NCBI GenBank assembly: GCA_945872855.1
Contig: CAMCAW010000001.1
Coordinates: 70,213 to 134,212 of the forward strand
DNA: 64,000 bases
From: Rickettsia typhi
GTDB lineage: Bacteria > Pseudomonadota > Alphaproteobacteria > Rickettsiales > UBA1997
Direction of reading: 5' to 3'
Part shown: positions 40,762-49,851 of the stretch, one piece after another
Layout: each line of letters opens with the position of its first letter
Position numbering within the stretch: position 1 is the first letter of the stretch
Position numbers and translations under genes: made by a program
Notes under the pieces: generated by a model
What the model saw: the letters and a program-made list of their open reading frames with translations, nothing else
Database searches by the model: none
What the model was told of the DNA's origin: nothing

Positions 40762-41046
40762 ATGAAAAATGATCCGGTTCTTTCTTCGATCATCAATTTT
40801 TTATTGCCAATAATTTTTCTTTACGGCTGCTTTTTTCTTGTTGGTTTTTTTGATGCAGGGTTCTTCGCTTTCATCTATGCGTTGGTACTTTTCGCCAGTG
40901 GTTTGATGGTTTTCTACGTTTCAAATGCCGATCTAAAATTATTAAAACAAGTTAATTTTGAAAATGTGGCGTTATTTATAGTTTTGATATCGCTAATTTA
41001 TGTTTTGTCTCTACTATTTTTTGTCACCGATTTTTTTACCATCTAA
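40762..41046 (+). CDS. small hypothetical membrane protein (3 TM)
   Basis: Hydrophobic ORF downstream of the pilin gene. ATG 40762 is preferred over alternative start 40717. Its 3' end overlaps the ubiE stop by 4 nt. Confidence 0.45.
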   Translation: MKNDPVLSSIINFLLPIIFLYGCFFLVGFFDAGFFAFIYALVLFASGLMVFYVSNADLKLLKQVNFENVALFIVLISLIYVLSLLFFVTDFFTI

Positions 41047-41882
41047 TCTTTGTAACCCACGTGAATGGCCGCTGCGCCGAAGCTTAAATTTTGATAAGAG
41101 GCATTTTTAAATCCCGCTTGCTCAATCATTTTTTTAAACATTTCTTGGCTAGGAAATTTACGAATACTTTCAACTAAATATTGATAAGATTCACGATCGC
41201 TTAAAATAATTTCTCCAATGCGCGGAATAACGTTGAAAGAGTAGGAGTCGTAGAATTTCTGCAAAAAATAATTATTCACTTTTGAAAATTCTAAACAGAT
41301 AAACTTGCCATTTGGTTTTAAAACGCGATAGGCTTCAGCCAGCCCTAGATCTATGTTAGTGAAGTTTCTAATGCCAAAAGCGATGGTAAAAAAATCAAAA
41401 CTATTATCTGCAAAAGGCAATTTTTCGCCATTGGCGCAGGTGAAATTTAGGCAAGAAAAAAGATTGAGATCGACGGCGCGATCCTTGCCACAGCTGAGCA
41501 TTTCTTGGTTTATATCAACAACCTCAATTGTGTGAGCAATGTTTTTTTCGCGGGCTTTTTTGGTGATGCGAAAGGCAATGTCGCCTGTGCCGCCAGCAAC
41601 ATCGATGAATCTCGTAATGTTGCTTGAGGCTTGATTATCGAGGCTTTGTGATCCTGCGACTTTAGTTGTGGCACCATTATTTTGTTTTTCATAATTGTGA
41701 GAAGCGTCAAAATTAATTTCTTGAATCATTTTATTTTTCCACAGCCGATGCACGCCAGCACTCATCAAATCGTTCATCAAATCATATTTTTTTGCGACAT
41801 TTGAAAAAATTCCTTTGACTAGATGCTCTTTTTCATCACGATTGACTCGTTTAAATCCAAAATCCGTTTGATTATCTGACAT
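41043..41882 (-). CDS. ubiE: ubiquinone/menaquinone C-methyltransferase UbiE
   Basis: FGFKRV...KYDLMNDLMSAGVHRLWK and SAM motif DVAGGTGD. ATG 41882 (MSDNQTD) is preferred over track start 41963. Confidence 0.88.
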   Translation of the reverse strand: MSDNQTDFGFKRVNRDEKEHLVKGIFSNVAKKYDLMNDLMSAGVHRLWKNKMIQEINFDASHNYEKQNNGATTKVAGSQSLDNQASSNITRFIDVAGGTGDIAFRITKKAREKNIAHTIEVVDINQEMLSCGKDRAVDLNLFSCLNFTCANGEKLPFADNSFDFFTIAFGIRNFTNIDLGLAEAYRVLKPNGKFICLEFSKVNNYFLQKFYDSYSFNVIPRIGEIILSDRESYQYLVESIRKFPSQEMFKKMIEQAGFKNASYQNLSFGAAAIHVGYKD

Positions 41883-43002
41883 GTCTTTAGTTTCTGAATT
41901 TGATTTTATTTTGCCGCAAAATTTAATTGCGCAACAGCCGTTTTTTCCGAAAGAAGAAACCAAAATGCTGGTTTATGACGGCGCGAAAATACTGGATCGC
42001 AAGCTTATCAATCTGATTGATTTTTTGCAAGAGGGCGATGTGTTGGTTTTTAATGATGTGCGAGTGATTAAGGCGAAGCTAGAGGCACGCGTTATAAGGG
42101 CTGATGGGCTTGAGCAAAAAAATATTGAAGTTCATGAAGTGAAAAATGAAGCCAGAGAAAATGAAATTAATACGCCAAAAAATGAAGCTATAAAAACTAT
42201 CGAATTTAATTTAGATCAAGAAATTTCAAAAAATACTTGGCGCGTAATTCTGCGCGGATCCAAGAAAATAAAGGATGCAGACCTGTTAGAAATTGCCCCA
42301 GATTTTTTTGCGCGCATCATAAAAAAATTAGAAGATGGCTTTGCGCTGTTAGAATTTTTAGAAGATGATTATCTGCGGAAGCTTGATAAATATGGCGTGG
42401 TGCCGCTTCCGCCTTACATAAAAAGAAGTGCCGATTTTGTAGAAGATGACCAAAAAAACTACCAAACAATTTATGCAAAAGATGGCTCGGCAGTAGCCGC
42501 GCCAACGGCCGGCCTTCATTTTACCGATAAAATTTTTGCTGCACTTGAAGCAAAAAGAATAAAAAAAGTCTTTGTAACTTTAAATGTAGGCGCGGGAACC
42601 TTTCTGCCTGTAAGGTCGGAGAGATTGCAAGATCATAAAATGCATGAAGAATCTTTTGTAATTTCGCAAGAAACGGCAGAAATTATTAATGAGGTGAGGG
42701 CGCGCGGAGGCAGGATTGTCGCGGTTGGAACGACATCGTTAAGAGTGCTAGAGTCGGTCGCCGATGAAAATGGAATGTTGCGAGAGGCAAAAACTAAAAC
42801 CAAGATCTTTATCTATCCGCCCTACAGATTCAAGGTTGTAGACATTTTGATGACAAACTTCCATCTGCCAAAATCGACTTTATTTATGTTGATTTCTGCA
42901 TTTGTAGGAAAAGAAAAAGCACGAGAGATTTACAGCCACGCGGTTCAAGAGCAGTATAGATTTTATTCTTACGGTGACACCTCTTTGTTAATGCGCTCAT
43001 AA
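41881..43002 (+). CDS. queA: S-adenosylmethionine:tRNA ribosyltransferase-isomerase
   Basis: Motifs FDFILPQNLIAQQP, VPLPPYI, VAAPTAGLHFT and GTTSLR. Confidence 0.9.
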   Translation: MSLVSEFDFILPQNLIAQQPFFPKEETKMLVYDGAKILDRKLINLIDFLQEGDVLVFNDVRVIKAKLEARVIRADGLEQKNIEVHEVKNEARENEINTPKNEAIKTIEFNLDQEISKNTWRVILRGSKKIKDADLLEIAPDFFARIIKKLEDGFALLEFLEDDYLRKLDKYGVVPLPPYIKRSADFVEDDQKNYQTIYAKDGSAVAAPTAGLHFTDKIFAALEAKRIKKVFVTLNVGAGTFLPVRSERLQDHKMHEESFVISQETAEIINEVRARGGRIVAVGTTSLRVLESVADENGMLREAKTKTKIFIYPPYRFKVVDILMTNFHLPKSTLFMLISAFVGKEKAREIYSHAVQEQYRFYSYGDTSLLMRS

Positions 43003-43044
43003 ATATTTAATCACCCTCATGCATTCTGCCATCGCAAAGCGAAC

Positions 43045-43821
43045 CTACCGAGCCTTAGCACGAAATGCTTCTCGAGTTTTTATCGCTTTAGAGAATCGCG
43101 AAAACGCAAATAACGCGCTGTAAATCGCGCCGTCGAACCCATAAATAAAATATCGCCGCACAAAATATGCCTTCAAAAACCCCCAAATTGGCACCAAAAA
43201 AACCTTCGCCAAAGATGGATTCTTTCCTTTCGCTAAGCTATCTCGCGCCTGCATCGAGGAGTAAGAATTGATCTTCTCAATCCAATGCTCAAAAGAGCGA
43301 AATGATTGGTGATAAATAATATTTTTCAATTGCCCAATTCTTGCAGAGTCTTTCATTTTAACCGAATCGTGAATTGCACTATTCTTGAACCCGCCAAAAT
43401 CGCGATTATAGAGCCTTAATTGATTATAATAATAAGCAAAGCGATGCGGCTTTTTTTCAAAGCGAAATTTATTGACGATTTTAACGCGAAAGCCATGAAA
43501 TTCTTGATGTAGATTTTTCTTAAAAAGTGCGGCAAGTTCTAGAGCTAGTTCTTCTGAAACTTCTTCGTCAGCATCAATATTTAAAATCCATTTATTGCGA
43601 CATTGATTCTCGCCGAAAATTTTTTGCTGGCCATAGCCTTTCCATTCATTAAAAATAACCCGCGCACCCGCTTCTGCAGCTACTTCACAAGTATTATCGC
43701 CGCTGCCAGAATCGATCACTAAAATTTCATCAGCAACTTGTTTAACCGCAGTAATTATTGGCGCAAGGCGGTCGGCTTCATTTTTTGTAATAATAAAAAC
43801 TGACAGTGAAATTTTTGTCAT
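43045..43821 (-). CDS. glycosyltransferase family 2 (LPS-core type)
   Basis: SVFIITKNEADRL and ILVIDSGSGDNT motifs. ATG 43821 is preferred over track start 43896. Confidence 0.8.
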   Translation of the reverse strand: MTKISLSVFIITKNEADRLAPIITAVKQVADEILVIDSGSGDNTCEVAAEAGARVIFNEWKGYGQQKIFGENQCRNKWILNIDADEEVSEELALELAALFKKNLHQEFHGFRVKIVNKFRFEKKPHRFAYYYNQLRLYNRDFGGFKNSAIHDSVKMKDSARIGQLKNIIYHQSFRSFEHWIEKINSYSSMQARDSLAKGKNPSLAKVFLVPIWGFLKAYFVRRYFIYGFDGAIYSALFAFSRFSKAIKTREAFRAKAR

Positions 43822-43909
43822 GAAAGTGTAGAAATTTTTAATTATAGATTTTAAATTAATAGCTGATGTATAAAGTCTATGATTAAATAAAATCAAAATT
43901 CAACAATTT

Positions 43910-44671
43910 ATGAAGAATAAAAAATTTGTTATCACTATTGTTTTTGCGCTTCTTATTGGCTTTGTTGCTCTTGTTGTGCGCAATTATAGCACTAAAACTT
44001 CCTTCAAATATGCCAAAAATTCTGCACAAGAAGTTGAGGTAAATAAGCAAGATGAGGTGAGCGCTGCAGTTAATAAAGAGGCTGCAGAAGGCGTGATTAA
44101 GCGCGATGACACCTTATTAAAAGTTAAGGATAGCGAATTATTTCTTGGTGATAAAAAAGCGCCCGTAACCATGATTGAATATGCTTCACTTTCTTGTCCG
44201 CATTGCGCCATGTTCTATCGCGAGGCTTTTGAAAAAATTAAAACTGAATATATCGATGCAGGAAAGGTAAAATTTATTTATCGCGACTTCCCCTTAAATC
44301 AACAGGCTCTAGTTGCGGCAATGGTTTCTGAATGCCGCGCTGCAGATGAAAAAGAAAATCGCTCCGAAAGTTATTACGGGCTTGTTAAAGCTTTGTTTAA
44401 AACCCAAGATTCTTGGGCTTTCGATCCCAAATATACTGAAAAATTAGAATCAATTGCAAAGCTTGATGGTATGAGTTCTGAGCGTTTTAAATCGTGCATT
44501 GAAGATCAAAAACTGCAAAATAAAATTCTGCAAATGCGCATGGAGGCCGCGAAATCATTGCAGATACACTCAACGCCAACTTTTTTCATCAATGGCGAAG
44601 CTTCTGAAGGATACGTTGATTATCTAACTTTGAAAAAAGTGATTGATAAAAAATTATCAGAAGTAAAATAA
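43910..44671 (+). CDS. DsbA-family thiol:disulfide oxidoreductase
   Basis: N-terminal TM/signal segment and thioredoxin active site SLSCPHCAMF. Confidence 0.8.
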   Translation: MKNKKFVITIVFALLIGFVALVVRNYSTKTSFKYAKNSAQEVEVNKQDEVSAAVNKEAAEGVIKRDDTLLKVKDSELFLGDKKAPVTMIEYASLSCPHCAMFYREAFEKIKTEYIDAGKVKFIYRDFPLNQQALVAAMVSECRAADEKENRSESYYGLVKALFKTQDSWAFDPKYTEKLESIAKLDGMSSERFKSCIEDQKLQNKILQMRMEAAKSLQIHSTPTFFINGEASEGYVDYLTLKKVIDKKLSEVK

Positions 44672-44773
44672 TTATTTTTTTACACCTATTTATGCTTAGA
44701 GTATCTAGCCACTAAGTAAAAAATAGAATTCTAAAAAAGCTCAGCTCTTTAACGAGACATAAAATATTTTCTT

Positions 44774-45535
44774 GTGACGACAAAAATCAGTATACAAAAT
44801 TTGGCTAAAAATTTTGGCTCAAAAGAAGTTCTTTCGGGAATAAATCTTGAGGTGAAAAAAGGTGAGTCATTGGTGATTTTAGGGGGCTCTGGCAGTGGTA
44901 AATCAGTGCTAATTAAACTGGTCGCATCGCTTATGCAGCCAACCTCTGGAAGCATTAAAATTGATGGAGACGAAATATCAAATATCTCAGCTTCAGAGCG
45001 CGATAAATTAATGGGAAAATTCGGTTTTCTGTTTCAAGGTGGAGCATTATTCGATTCTCTTTCAATCTGGGAAAATGTTGCATTTCGCTTAACTCACGCG
45101 GCAAAATTAAACAAAAATGATGCCAAAGAAATTGCATTGCAAAAGCTTAAGGCTGTAGGGCTAGAAGAAAGAGTGATGAATCTTTATCCGTCAGAACTTT
45201 CTGGTGGAATGCAGAAGCGTGCAGCGTTGGCGCGTGCCGTTGCTGCAAATCCTGAAATTATTTTCTTTGATGAGCCCACAACTGGCCTAGATCCAATCAT
45301 GGCCGATGTTATCAACGATCTTATCATTGCTAATTCAAAAGAGCTCGGCGCCACCACGGTCACAATTACCCACGACATGCATTCGGCAAAAAAAATCGCC
45401 GATAAAATTGCTATGCTTTATGAGGGAAAAATTATTTGGTTTGGTGATGTGAAAGACATGTATTCTTCGGGTAATGAATATCTTGATCAATTCATACACG
45501 GTAAGGCAGAGGGACCAATTAAGGTGGGCTATTAA
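44774..45535 (+). CDS. ABC transporter ATP-binding protein (MlaF-like)
   Basis: Walker A GGSGSGKS, signature LSGGMQKR, Walker B IIFFDEPTTGLD. GTG start. No permease gene is adjacent. Confidence 0.85.
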   Translation: MTTKISIQNLAKNFGSKEVLSGINLEVKKGESLVILGGSGSGKSVLIKLVASLMQPTSGSIKIDGDEISNISASERDKLMGKFGFLFQGGALFDSLSIWENVAFRLTHAAKLNKNDAKEIALQKLKAVGLEERVMNLYPSELSGGMQKRAALARAVAANPEIIFFDEPTTGLDPIMADVINDLIIANSKELGATTVTITHDMHSAKKIADKIAMLYEGKIIWFGDVKDMYSSGNEYLDQFIHGKAEGPIKVGY

Positions 45536-45542
45536 ATCAATT

Positions 45543-45580
45543 GCCTACAGCCCTAATTTTTTAAGGCTGTAGGCTTTATG
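45543..45580. terminator. bidirectional intrinsic terminator between convergent ABC ATPase gene and rne
   Basis: The 10-bp stem gcctacagcc (45543-45552) pairs with ggctgtaggc (45565-45574). The loop is AT-rich and T-runs flank it. Confidence 0.7.
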
Positions 45581-45581
45581 G

Positions 45582-47753
45582 CTACTTAAACATTTTAAAA
45601 ATCGATCCTAAAAGTGAAGATGGCTTACTGACATTATTTTGCCTTCCACCTCTATCGTCAAATCTTCTATTATCATTGCTGCGTGGCCTTTTATTATTGA
45701 AGCGCTGATTATTATTGCCGTTGCGATTGTTATTTCTTCTGTCGCTGCCGCGGTTATCGCGATTGTCCCTACGATCATCGCGTTCGCGCGCTGGAGAAAA
45801 TCTTTCTCCGCTTTCTTCGCGCACAGGTTTTTCTGCCGCATCACTTTCAATAAACTGGCGCTCCAAACCAAGCTGATTAACTTTGCCCGTAGTAACTTCC
45901 ATCTCCAGCTCGCGTCTTTCATCATCAGAAAGGCCTTTGCGTTTTTTGATAGTGAAGCCCCCATTTCCAACATCATCGCTGTGATGCATAAAAATATGGA
46001 CATTATAATTTTGCTCTGTCGCGATGACGTCGTGCTTTTTGTAATTCGCGATATACGAAATAACTTCATGCGAAGTGTAAACATAAATCACGCCCACTTG
46101 TTTATCGGCACAAGCGTGGCGAATAGAGCGCAAAATTCCTACCGCAAGAATTTCGACTGAACGAATATAGCCAGTGCCGCTGCAATGTTTGCAAGGCTCG
46201 GTGATGGTTTCGAACAAACTTGCACCAAGACGTTGACGTGACATTTCCATTAAACCGAAAAGGCTAATGCGGCCAAGCTGAATGCGGGCGCGATCGTTTT
46301 GTAATTCATCGCGCAAAGTGCGCTCAATGTTGCGGCGATGTTTTTGGTCATACATGTCGATGAAATCGATCACAATCAAGCCAGCCAAGTCGCGCAGGCG
46401 TAACTGTCTCGCGATTTCGCGCGCCGCTTCAAGGTTAGTGTTATAAGCAGTTTCTTCAACGCCGCTTTCTTTGGTAGCGCGACCAGAGTTGACATCGATC
46501 GCAACCAACGCTTCTGTGTGATCAACTACAATTGAGCCGCCAGATTTTAGCGGAATTGTTTTTTCATAAAGCGCCGCAATTTGTTGCTCAACGCGATATT
46601 TATTAAAAACGGGAACGCGCTCATCATGAAATTTAATATTATGCTCACCATAAGGCATTGTAGCCTTGATGAAGTTTGACACGCTGTCAAAAGCTTGCTG
46701 TCCTTCAATTATAACTTCGCTAACTTGTTCGTTATAAACATCGCGAATACATCTTTTTATAACGTCATCTTCGGCATGGATAAACGTTGGCGCTGTAGAT
46801 GTCTTGGCCATTTCGTTAATGCTTTCCCATAAGCGACTGAGATATTCGTAATCGCGCTTAATTTCCTCAGGCTTCTTGCCAACGCCCGCGGTTCTAATGA
46901 TGACAGACATTTCTGCGGGAATTGTTAATTCACTCAAAATCGCCTTCAAAATTTTACGATCGCGGAAGTTATCGACCTTGCGTGAAACGCCGCCTTTATT
47001 GGGCGTGTTCGACATCAAGACGCAATATTTTCCTGCCAAAGAAATGTAAGTTGTCATTGAGGCGCCTTTATTGCCGCGCTCTTCTTTAGTGGCTTGAATC
47101 AGCAAAATTTGACCGGGCTTGATAACATCTTGAATGTTATAGCGCTTGTAAATTGTGTGAATATTGCTGTTATGGTTTTCAGTTTCATCTTCAACAGAGT
47201 ATGAGCCTGTAGTCATCGGAGCATCAGGATCTTCGTCGCGCTCACGTGAATTTTCGCGGCGGTTATCATCGCGACGATCACGATTATCGCGGCGGTCTCC
47301 GTGCTCAGAGCGCTCTCTGCGATCTCCGCTGCGTTCAGGGCGATTACCATCTCGATTGTCGCGACCACGAATTTCTCTAACTTCAGCAACATCACCAGAA
47401 GCTTGCGCCGCAATGCCTGCGCCACCATCAGCTTCTTCCGTAGTTTCAGCATGAGGCGCAATTTCGCGCGCAGTAAGCTCACGGAGCTTTTGTTTCTCTG
47501 CATCGGGAAGGCTATAATATTCAGGATGTATGTCGGCAAAAGGCAAAAACCCGTGGCGCTCTTCACCATAATCGATGAAAGCCGCTTGGAGAGAGGGTTC
47601 AACCCTAGTAATGCGAGCAAGATAAATATTGCCTTTGATATGCTTAACCGCAACAGCTTCGCGGTCAAAATCTTGCAGAATGTTGTTTTCTAGCACCGCA
47701 ACGCGCGTTTCTTCGCGATGTGCTGCGTCGATTATAATTGTTTTGTTTTTCAT
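45582..47753 (-). CDS. rne: ribonuclease E
   Basis: S1 domain GNIYLARITRVEPSLQAAFIDYG, VVDHTEALVAIDVNSG, and Zn-link CKHCSGTG. It has an Arg/Asp/Glu-rich insert and a similar C-terminal tail. Confidence 0.9.
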   Translation of the reverse strand: MKNKTIIIDAAHREETRVAVLENNILQDFDREAVAVKHIKGNIYLARITRVEPSLQAAFIDYGEERHGFLPFADIHPEYYSLPDAEKQKLRELTAREIAPHAETTEEADGGAGIAAQASGDVAEVREIRGRDNRDGNRPERSGDRRERSEHGDRRDNRDRRDDNRRENSRERDEDPDAPMTTGSYSVEDETENHNSNIHTIYKRYNIQDVIKPGQILLIQATKEERGNKGASMTTYISLAGKYCVLMSNTPNKGGVSRKVDNFRDRKILKAILSELTIPAEMSVIIRTAGVGKKPEEIKRDYEYLSRLWESINEMAKTSTAPTFIHAEDDVIKRCIRDVYNEQVSEVIIEGQQAFDSVSNFIKATMPYGEHNIKFHDERVPVFNKYRVEQQIAALYEKTIPLKSGGSIVVDHTEALVAIDVNSGRATKESGVEETAYNTNLEAAREIARQLRLRDLAGLIVIDFIDMYDQKHRRNIERTLRDELQNDRARIQLGRISLFGLMEMSRQRLGASLFETITEPCKHCSGTGYIRSVEILAVGILRSIRHACADKQVGVIYVYTSHEVISYIANYKKHDVIATEQNYNVHIFMHHSDDVGNGGFTIKKRKGLSDDERRELEMEVTTGKVNQLGLERQFIESDAAEKPVREESGERFSPARERDDRRDNRDNRGSDRRNNNRNGNNNQRFNNKRPRSNDNRRFDDRGGRQNNVSKPSSLLGSIFKMFK

Positions 47754-48145
47754 TATTCCTCTAAAATTTGTCTAAGATAAAAGACAGAGGAAAAATATTT
47801 CTTTAAATAAACAGCGTTAAAACCGCGAATTCATTGATCTGGCGGATGTTAGTAGTTTTATTCATAAACCTAACTTTTAAAAATAAAGCATTTAAAGAAA
47901 ATAATTTTTCCATCTAAGTCTTGTGAAAACCTGCCTAGGGAAGCCCTAGCAGGTTATAAAAAGTTTGTCAGCGATTTTTTAAACTGCGCGGTGTGCGGTT
48001 TTGTTTTGGTTTTTCAGCGAAAGCAAAGTATAGTTTAAAAAATCTGCAGAGATTTAAACTTAAATTGGTCAAATAAGCTAGTCTTTTTTGTGATTTTTAA
48101 GTGAGGCTTTGAAGGTTCTAAAATCAAGGCTTCTGCACTAATTAA

Positions 48146-48457
48146 TTAAGAGTTTTTAATCCAATTCAAATAGCCAGAAAAACCTTGGTCAATTTTAAGT
48201 GCGATAATTTGAGGCGCTTCATAAGAATGATTGGCCAAAATTTCTTTCTCAATTTTGTGATAAAAATTTGCTTTAGTTTTGATTGAAACTAAAATTTCTT
48301 TCTCGCAAGAAATTTTTCCTTGCCAAACAAAATTGCTTTCGATTTTTGTAAATTGCACGCAAGCCGCCAATTTTTTCGTCAGCAAAATTTTTGCCAATTT
48401 TTTAGCTTCGCCTAGTTTTGGATAAGTCGTTTTGATAATTAAAAATTCTTTTTTCAT
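48146..48457 (-). CDS. cutA: divalent-cation tolerance protein CutA
   Basis: Motifs LAACVQ, VWQGKISCEKEILVSIKT and YEAPQIIAL. ATG 48457 (MKKEFLII) is preferred over track start 48499. Confidence 0.85.
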   Translation of the reverse strand: MKKEFLIIKTTYPKLGEAKKLAKILLTKKLAACVQFTKIESNFVWQGKISCEKEILVSIKTKANFYHKIEKEILANHSYEAPQIIALKIDQGFSGYLNWIKNS

Positions 48458-49105
48458 ATGACTAAAATTTTTGCCCATAGAGGTTTTGTCACAAAGCAAG
48501 CGAAAGAAAATTCTATCGCAAGCCTAAATCAAGCCCATAAACATAATTTTTCTGGCATTGAGTTTGACGTGTGGTTTTTTGATAATTCTCTCGTGATTCA
48601 TCATGATATGCCACAAAAAAATACAATAGCGAGCTTGCCGCAATTTCAAGATTATTTAGTTTTTAAAAATGAAATTGAATATTGGATTGATTTTAAAAAT
48701 CTTGATGAAGGCAATGTCGAAGCCGCTGCGAAGCTTATAGCGCAAGAAATTAAAGCGGCAGAAATTGATAGTAAAAAAGTTTTTTTTGCACCATTTATTG
48801 CTAATTTGCAAATGGCAATTCCAATTTATGATGCTTTGCGCAACGGCTTTGCAGGGGCACAAATTGTGGCTGTATGCGAAGATTTGGCGCCAGAAGATTT
48901 TGTTTTATATCATGCCAGTTTGCAAAAAAATAATATTAAATTCTTATCAATCAGGCACGGAATTGTTGATAAAAATTTTGCTGAAATATTTTCTGATATA
49001 ACTCTGTTCGCTTGGACCATCAATGATTTGGCGCGGTTTCGTGACTTGCAAGAAATGGGCGTTAAAAATATTGCGAGCGATATAATTACGCCACAAATGT
49101 TATGA
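48458..49105 (+). CDS. glycerophosphodiester phosphodiesterase family protein
   Basis: GDPD N-terminal pattern IFAHRG...ENSIASL...GIEFDVW...HHD. Confidence 0.75.
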   Translation: MTKIFAHRGFVTKQAKENSIASLNQAHKHNFSGIEFDVWFFDNSLVIHHDMPQKNTIASLPQFQDYLVFKNEIEYWIDFKNLDEGNVEAAAKLIAQEIKAAEIDSKKVFFAPFIANLQMAIPIYDALRNGFAGAQIVAVCEDLAPEDFVLYHASLQKNNIKFLSIRHGIVDKNFAEIFSDITLFAWTINDLARFRDLQEMGVKNIASDIITPQML

Positions 49106-49851
49106 CAATAAAAACCCCAGCGTTATTTTCAGAAATTTCAGCAGCTCCAATTTCTTCGATGTCATCTTCGCGCAAGCTAGATAGTGATTCCGTGGGTCAT
49201 CGCAAAAGAGTGCGCACAAAATTTTTGGCGTCTCTAGGTAAAGAATTGCACGAATATGAATTGCTAGAAATCCTTTTATTTAGCGCCTTCCCGCGCCAAG
49301 ATACCAAGCCATTGGCAAAAAAATTATTGGCAAAATTCGGTAGCATTTCTGCGATTATTAATGCAGATGTTGATATGCTAAAAAGCGTTGAGGGAGTAGG
49401 TGATGGCGTGATCATAAATTTAAAAATTATCACCGAAATCATCAATCGAGTCTTAAAAAATCGTGTCAAAATAAAGCCAGTTTTAGATAATTGGCAAGCG
49501 GTTGTAAACCATGCCACAGCTGCTTTGGCAGATCTAAATCATGAAGTATTTCGTATATTATTTTTAAATAAAAATTTTCAATTAATTGAAGATGAGCTGC
49601 TTGGAATTGGCGAAAATGACCATGTTCAAATTAGCATAAAATCAATTGTTAAAAAATCTTTATTGCTGCATTCTTCGGCAATTATTTTAATGCATAATCA
49701 TCCCACTTCAGATCTACGCGCATCTGCTTCTGATATAAAAACAACTAACGAAATTTGTGCCGCATTAAAGCCTCTAAATATCGCAGTAATCGATCATTTA
49801 ATTGTGGGAAAAAATGGTATTTTTAGCTTTAAGCGGGAGGGAATTTTATGA
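49102..49851 (+). CDS. radC: RadC-family JAB-domain protein
   Basis: HRKRVRTKFL and ELLEILLF N-terminal region. JAB motif HNHPTSDLRASASD. Confidence 0.85.
   Translation: MTIKTPALFSEISAAPISSMSSSRKLDSDSVGHRKRVRTKFLASLGKELHEYELLEILLFSAFPRQDTKPLAKKLLAKFGSISAIINADVDMLKSVEGVGDGVIINLKIITEIINRVLKNRVKIKPVLDNWQAVVNHATAALADLNHEVFRILFLNKNFQLIEDELLGIGENDHVQISIKSIVKKSLLLHSSAIILMHNHPTSDLRASASDIKTTNEICAALKPLNIAVIDHLIVGKNGIFSFKREGIL

Noticed and set aside
45608-47693. Five alternative-frame ORFs overlapping rne (45608-46084, 45639-46160, 47164-47454, 47213-47668, 47301-47693).
   Set aside because: They are generated by the low-complexity Arg/Asp/Asn-coding tracts of rne. The RNase E frame carries the S1, catalytic and Zn-link motifs.
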